From positions 1 to 64,000 of the forward strand of contig JAPDJO010000027.1 in assembly GCA_029259115.1 (NCBI GenBank): DNA of 64,000 nucleotides, given 5' to 3'. The notes under the pieces are model-generated. The model searched no databases and had not been told where the DNA came from. It saw nothing but the letters and a program-made list of their open reading frames with translations. Positions 59,748 to 64,000 of this stretch are shown in pieces (the first letter of the stretch is position 1; each line of letters begins with the position of its first letter). This DNA comes from Thermoplasmatota archaeon. Its GTDB lineage: Archaea > Thermoplasmatota > E2 > DHVEG-1 > B18-G2. Both the position numbers and the translations under genes were made by a program.

Positions 59748-61265
59748 ATGAGATTGTATTACCTTAGTTTCCTATCGTTGTTTTTTCTTGCGATAGTTGG
59801 AGTTTATACATACCCCTCTCAAGCAGTAACATACCTAACCCACTCAGATTGGGAGTTAAATGAAGCGCCATCCATCGCTGCAGAAGAAAATATAGTATAT
59901 GTTGTATGGAATTGTTGGCATAGTGAGTTTGAAAGTAAGATATACTGCACATACAGTACAGATCAAGGCAAGACATGGCGTAATGCAACTTGTTTATCCC
60001 CTAATTCACGCATAGCCACTTCTCCGAAAGTTGTTCTTATCAACAAGACTGCTCACATTGTCTGGAAAGAATTTTCGTATGGGTATCCTGAAATATTTTA
60101 TATAAACGGTACTTGGAAAAATTGGAGTAAAGCGTTGCAATTAACCTACGATAATCCTAGGAAGAATAATATATATGATGTAAATATAGGGGTAGCAGAA
60201 AACGATACAATATATCTAGTATGGAAAGATTATAGAACTGGATCTTCTGAAATTTTTTTCAAGAGACGGAATAATTATGTATGGGAGGAGGATAAGAGGT
60301 TAACCTATGACTACACACCTTCATATAATCCATCCGCAAGTTCGTATAAAAACAAGATATTTGTTGTATGGGAAGATTGGGGCCTAGGAACAAGAATATG
60401 TATGATGAAAAGTGAAGATAGTGGCGTAAGTTGGAGTGAGAAAGAATATTTGACTACCGATGGAGATAGCGAAAGACCAGATGTGGCGGTGGAAAAAGAC
60501 AATGTTTATATCACATGGAAAATGAAAATTGATGGTGATTCACGTATATGCTTTATCTCAAGTTACGATGGTGGAAAAACTTGGAATGACATATACACAA
60601 TTGCAAAGGGTAGTAACAATATAAATCCAAAAATCTCAGTCCACAACGATACTGTCGTGGTAGTCTGGCAAAGTAGAAAAGAAGATAGGTATGATATATG
60701 TATGAAGGTGAGTTTTAATAAAGGAAAGAACTGGAGTGATATTATAAACTTGACGAGAGGTTCTATCAATGCATATGATGTCAGTATATACCTCTCCAAC
60801 AACATACTTTATACTGTCTGGCAAGATTACCATGAGGCGAGCTACTCAGATATATGCTACGCGAGTTTTCATTTGGTCCAACTACCCATACCAAGCGTGG
60901 AAATATACATGGAGGATTATGATAGGATAACTGTAGATGTCTTTGCCAACAACATTTCATCCTCAGATGTCTCGACTTTAGGGTGCGTAGTCGAGTACAA
61001 AGATCGTGAGGGGAATTGGATTCCGATTAACGTATCGTTCTGTTCTAACCACTGGACAGGACATGTGAACGTTTCTAGTGAAATGGAAGATCTTGAATTA
61101 TATACATTCAGAGCTAAATTTGTAAACTCTGTAGGGATGGAATCCCCTTGGCAGTACGCAAATGTGCAATTAGAATCCAAAAATAAGGCACCATTCCTAG
61201 AAGTAGGTTTTGTCTTGTTGGTCATGATCTTAGTTTTATTCATCAGGAGTGTGAGAAAATTATGA
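59748..61265 (+). CDS. Secreted BNR/Asp-box beta-propeller protein with C-terminal sorting-like TM
   Basis: Asp-boxes STDQGKTW, SEDSGVSW, SYDGGKTW and SFNKGKNW; tail APFLE-TM-RSVRK. Confidence 0.8.
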   Translation: MRLYYLSFLSLFFLAIVGVYTYPSQAVTYLTHSDWELNEAPSIAAEENIVYVVWNCWHSEFESKIYCTYSTDQGKTWRNATCLSPNSRIATSPKVVLINKTAHIVWKEFSYGYPEIFYINGTWKNWSKALQLTYDNPRKNNIYDVNIGVAENDTIYLVWKDYRTGSSEIFFKRRNNYVWEEDKRLTYDYTPSYNPSASSYKNKIFVVWEDWGLGTRICMMKSEDSGVSWSEKEYLTTDGDSERPDVAVEKDNVYITWKMKIDGDSRICFISSYDGGKTWNDIYTIAKGSNNINPKISVHNDTVVVVWQSRKEDRYDICMKVSFNKGKNWSDIINLTRGSINAYDVSIYLSNNILYTVWQDYHEASYSDICYASFHLVQLPIPSVEIYMEDYDRITVDVFANNISSSDVSTLGCVVEYKDREGNWIPINVSFCSNHWTGHVNVSSEMEDLELYTFRAKFVNSVGMESPWQYANVQLESKNKAPFLEVGFVLLVMILVLFIRSVRKL

Positions 61266-61876
61266 AAAAGTTCGATTATATCATTATACTGATTTTTAGC
61301 ATCAGTATACTGATCTCCGCATACGTACTTACAAGACCAACGTATGTTCATTTAGTTTTTGAAGTAAAGGCAGCAGATGATGATGCACGAACGTTTATAA
61401 CTGGATTAGGATCCGGAAATGAAGATGGTAAATGGGCGGTGCTTCAGTTAAGTCCATCATACAGCTTTGGTCTTCGGTTCACTAATGTGACTATACCAAA
61501 GAATATCAAAATTAAAGATGTATATATAGAACTTTATAGCATAGGAACACCTGGTCACTCGCATCCAAATTGTAGGATATATGGTGATTTGTCAGAAAAT
61601 GCATCAAATTTTACGGTGAAAGGCGTCCTAGACATATGTGGTAGAAATTACACCAAACATTATGTGAGATGGAATGAAACTGTAGAATACGGTAAGTGGA
61701 TTAGGACGCCATCTATAACACCTGTATTGGAAGAGATTATAAAGAATGAGAGTTGGAATCCTGGAGATCCTATAGTGATACTATTCATAACGGAAGGGGT
61801 AAGAGGTTTTTCTGCCGCATTCCAGAATTTTGAGAATGGTTATCCCGCACGACTTCACATAATTTTTAAAGAATGA
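61262..61876 (+). CDS. N-anchored beta-sandwich protein (DNRLRE/CBM-like)
   Basis: N-terminal TM; ADDDA...GLRFTNVTIPKNIKI..VYIEL...PARLHI. Confidence 0.55.
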   Translation: MKKFDYIIILIFSISILISAYVLTRPTYVHLVFEVKAADDDARTFITGLGSGNEDGKWAVLQLSPSYSFGLRFTNVTIPKNIKIKDVYIELYSIGTPGHSHPNCRIYGDLSENASNFTVKGVLDICGRNYTKHYVRWNETVEYGKWIRTPSITPVLEEIIKNESWNPGDPIVILFITEGVRGFSAAFQNFENGYPARLHIIFKE

Positions 61877-61932
61877 ATATTAAGTAAATTATATAAGCTC
61901 CTATATTATTAGTAGCTACTGGGAAAATATAG

Positions 61933-64000
61933 ATGAGGTGGTCTAACTTACTGCTAATCTTAGCTTTTCTTACATTACTGTATACTTGCTTTCTTGTGAT
62001 AGTTAGAGGAGGATATGACAAAGAGTGGAATATGATATACGAGGGTAATGAAGATGATCTGATTTATGATATAGCAATTGACGATCAAGGTAATATAATA
62101 GCAGTGGGATGCACCGAAGTTAATGGGAATTATGATAATCTTATTATCAAATATAATCCTGATGGAGATATACTTTGGGCAAAGAGTTACGGAACTTGGT
62201 CTGGCGAAAAGTTACACGCTGTTGTCATAGATAAAAACAATGACATAGTAATAGGTGGAGAAAAAGGGAGAGATATCTATATTGCAAAGATATCATCAGA
62301 TGGCAGGAATGTATTATGGGAAAAAACAATATCTGGAGAATCTCTAGGCTGTGTATACGATTTGGATATAGATTTTCAAAACAATATCGTGCTTGCGGGA
62401 AAAAAATCCGATAATTTTTACATCGCGAAGATTTCTGAAAATGGTGATTTTCTTTGGAATGCTAGTGTTGACAATGGATACTTGGATTCGGCTACAGGGA
62501 TAAAAGTTGATTCTAATAACAACATAATTGTAGCGGGGTATACATATGTTAATGGCACATACTCATGGTGTATCTCGAAATATTCAGCAAGTGGACATTT
62601 AGTTTGGCTGAAAAGTTATGATATAAATCTACGCGGTAAAGCGTATGGGATAGACATAGATTCTAATGACGATATAGTTATTGTAGGTACATTAAGTGAT
62701 ACTTCTTCTGGTAACGACATATGTATAGTGAAATGCAACGGGGATGGAGAGGTATTGTGGAGTACAATCCATGAAAGAAACGGTAATGATTATGGAACAG
62801 ATGTAACAATTGATCCAAATAGCAATATCATAGTTGTGGGCTATCTATACAGATATGCAGATGACACAGATATTTTTATAGGGAAGTATACCAAAGATGG
62901 TCAGATTGTTTGGTATGAAAATTATGATTCAGGGTATCATGGAAAAGAATACGGCTATAGTGTTGCTGTTAATGGTAAAGGAGATATCTTTATCGGTGGG
63001 ATTGTTGAAGAAAATTCCTCCTCTCTCGGTGATTTTGATGGTTTGATTTTAAAATACGGATTTTCTCCTCTTTCACCACAGGCAAGTTTTTCATACTCTC
63101 CATATACCGTACCTCCCAACGAGAATTTTTCCTTCTATAGCACGTCCACTGATCAGGATGGAGTGATTTTAAATTATGAATGGGACTTTGGGGATGGAAA
63201 CAAAGGGTATGGCGAAACTACAACCCACTCCTATAGCAAACCCGGCGTTTATAAGGTAACACTTACAGTAACAGATAATGATGGTTTGTCGAGCTCAGTA
63301 ATAAAAAACATAACTGTATTGGATATCAATCCCCCAATTGTTACAGATGTAACCAACGCAGATGTTTGTTATACAGGAGATCCTTTTACATTCGTAGCTG
63401 AGGTCGAGGATGATGGGGAGATAAAGGAGGTAGACGTGACATACTGGTTCGATCCCATGGATTCGATCACGGCTCATATGGAAAAAGTTGATGGGAATAT
63501 TTTTAAATACACTATAGTGGTGCCAGAAGATGATCTTAGACCCCTTCACTATTACATTACAGCGGTAGATAGTTTTAACAATGAGGCATCTACTGATGAA
63601 AAGGTAATTCCGGTTATAGATAATGATCCCCCAATCATAAAGGATATCAGGGTTGATCCTAATCCCCAAATAATAGGTGAAAAAGTTAACATAACAATGA
63701 AGATAACAGATAACATAGACCTAGATAGTGTATATCTAGATTTGACTTATCCAAATGGGAATAATCAGACTTTCGATATCTTTGAAAATAGAATAGGAGA
63801 TACATTTTATTTAGAGAAGATCTTCTCATCACCTGGCAGGTATAATTTTAGGATATATGTTAAAGATGTAAATGGAAACGAGAATCGCTCTGACATAGTC
63901 AGCTTCACTGTAATAGATAGCGATGCACCGTTGATTGAAGATTTGACATCAGGTGTTGCATATACTGGAGATGCCTTTGTCTTTTCTGCTAGAGTTGTGG
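61933..64000 (+). CDS. Secreted SBBP-type beta-propeller + PKD + Ig-repeat protein (3'-truncated by window; not in ORF track)
   Basis: Open frame from ATG 61933 to the window end. Signal peptide, repeats IAIDxxGNIIxxG...KYxxDGxxLW, YEWDFGDG and D..PP.I repeats. Confidence 0.85.
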   Translation, partial: MRWSNLLLILAFLTLLYTCFLVIVRGGYDKEWNMIYEGNEDDLIYDIAIDDQGNIIAVGCTEVNGNYDNLIIKYNPDGDILWAKSYGTWSGEKLHAVVIDKNNDIVIGGEKGRDIYIAKISSDGRNVLWEKTISGESLGCVYDLDIDFQNNIVLAGKKSDNFYIAKISENGDFLWNASVDNGYLDSATGIKVDSNNNIIVAGYTYVNGTYSWCISKYSASGHLVWLKSYDINLRGKAYGIDIDSNDDIVIVGTLSDTSSGNDICIVKCNGDGEVLWSTIHERNGNDYGTDVTIDPNSNIIVVGYLYRYADDTDIFIGKYTKDGQIVWYENYDSGYHGKEYGYSVAVNGKGDIFIGGIVEENSSSLGDFDGLILKYGFSPLSPQASFSYSPYTVPPNENFSFYSTSTDQDGVILNYEWDFGDGNKGYGETTTHSYSKPGVYKVTLTVTDNDGLSSSVIKNITVLDINPPIVTDVTNADVCYTGDPFTFVAEVEDDGEIKEVDVTYWFDPMDSITAHMEKVDGNIFKYTIVVPEDDLRPLHYYITAVDSFNNEASTDEKVIPVIDNDPPIIKDIRVDPNPQIIGEKVNITMKITDNIDLDSVYLDLTYPNGNNQTFDIFENRIGDTFYLEKIFSSPGRYNFRIYVKDVNGNENRSDIVSFTVIDSDAPLIEDLTSGVAYTGDAFVFSARVV

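Noticed and set aside
1247-63669. Numerous 60-190 aa ORFs antisense or out of frame within longer genes (e.g. 6809-7285, 16496-16993, 19441-19995, 25781-26320, 52096-52665, 63295-63669)
   Set aside because: They are shadow ORFs of well-supported genes, with no motifs or SD sites.
1-64000. CRISPR array, cas genes, transposases, integrases, rRNA
   Set aside because: I saw no regularly spaced repeat-spacer array and no recognisable motifs for these.

Overview
Archaeal chromosomal window. The gene content (aIF2beta-TRAM fusion, cdrS-ftsZ, CCA-less tRNAs, many PKD/NosD/DUF11 surface proteins) best fits a Thermoplasmatota-like euryarchaeon; this placement is inference. Housekeeping genes include PCNA-Pop5, SRP54, priS-GINS, rpl44e-rps27e-aIF2alpha-nop10-PAC2, pfdA-ftsY, rps6e-aIF2gamma-PIN, aIF2beta, cdrS-ftsZ, pyrH, rfcL and tRNA-Gly/Val/Ser. 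Five accessory loci are interleaved. (1) The best candidate for an undescribed system is a 15.5-kb surface operon (26825-42323). A 2577-aa subtilase-bearing giant protein, two secreted paralogues and a membrane-anchored partial paralogue share one module, arranged like the tip, shaft and anchor of a donor-strand-type filament (WxL/chaperone-usher-like logic), with a candidate membrane-anchored assembly factor. (2) A distantly related surface locus follows tRNA-Ser (57194-64000). (3) A single PD-(D/E)xK nuclease gene is bracketed by a perfect 19-bp direct repeat. (4) An orphan biosynthetic cluster encodes two PaaK-like ligases, a B12 radical SAM enzyme, a nicotianamine-synthase-like enzyme and a CruF-like protein. 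(5) A two-component operon appears to have its sensor split into a separate gene. Several genes missing from the ORF track were read directly from the sequence. All family assignments come from motif recognition by eye, not database searches.
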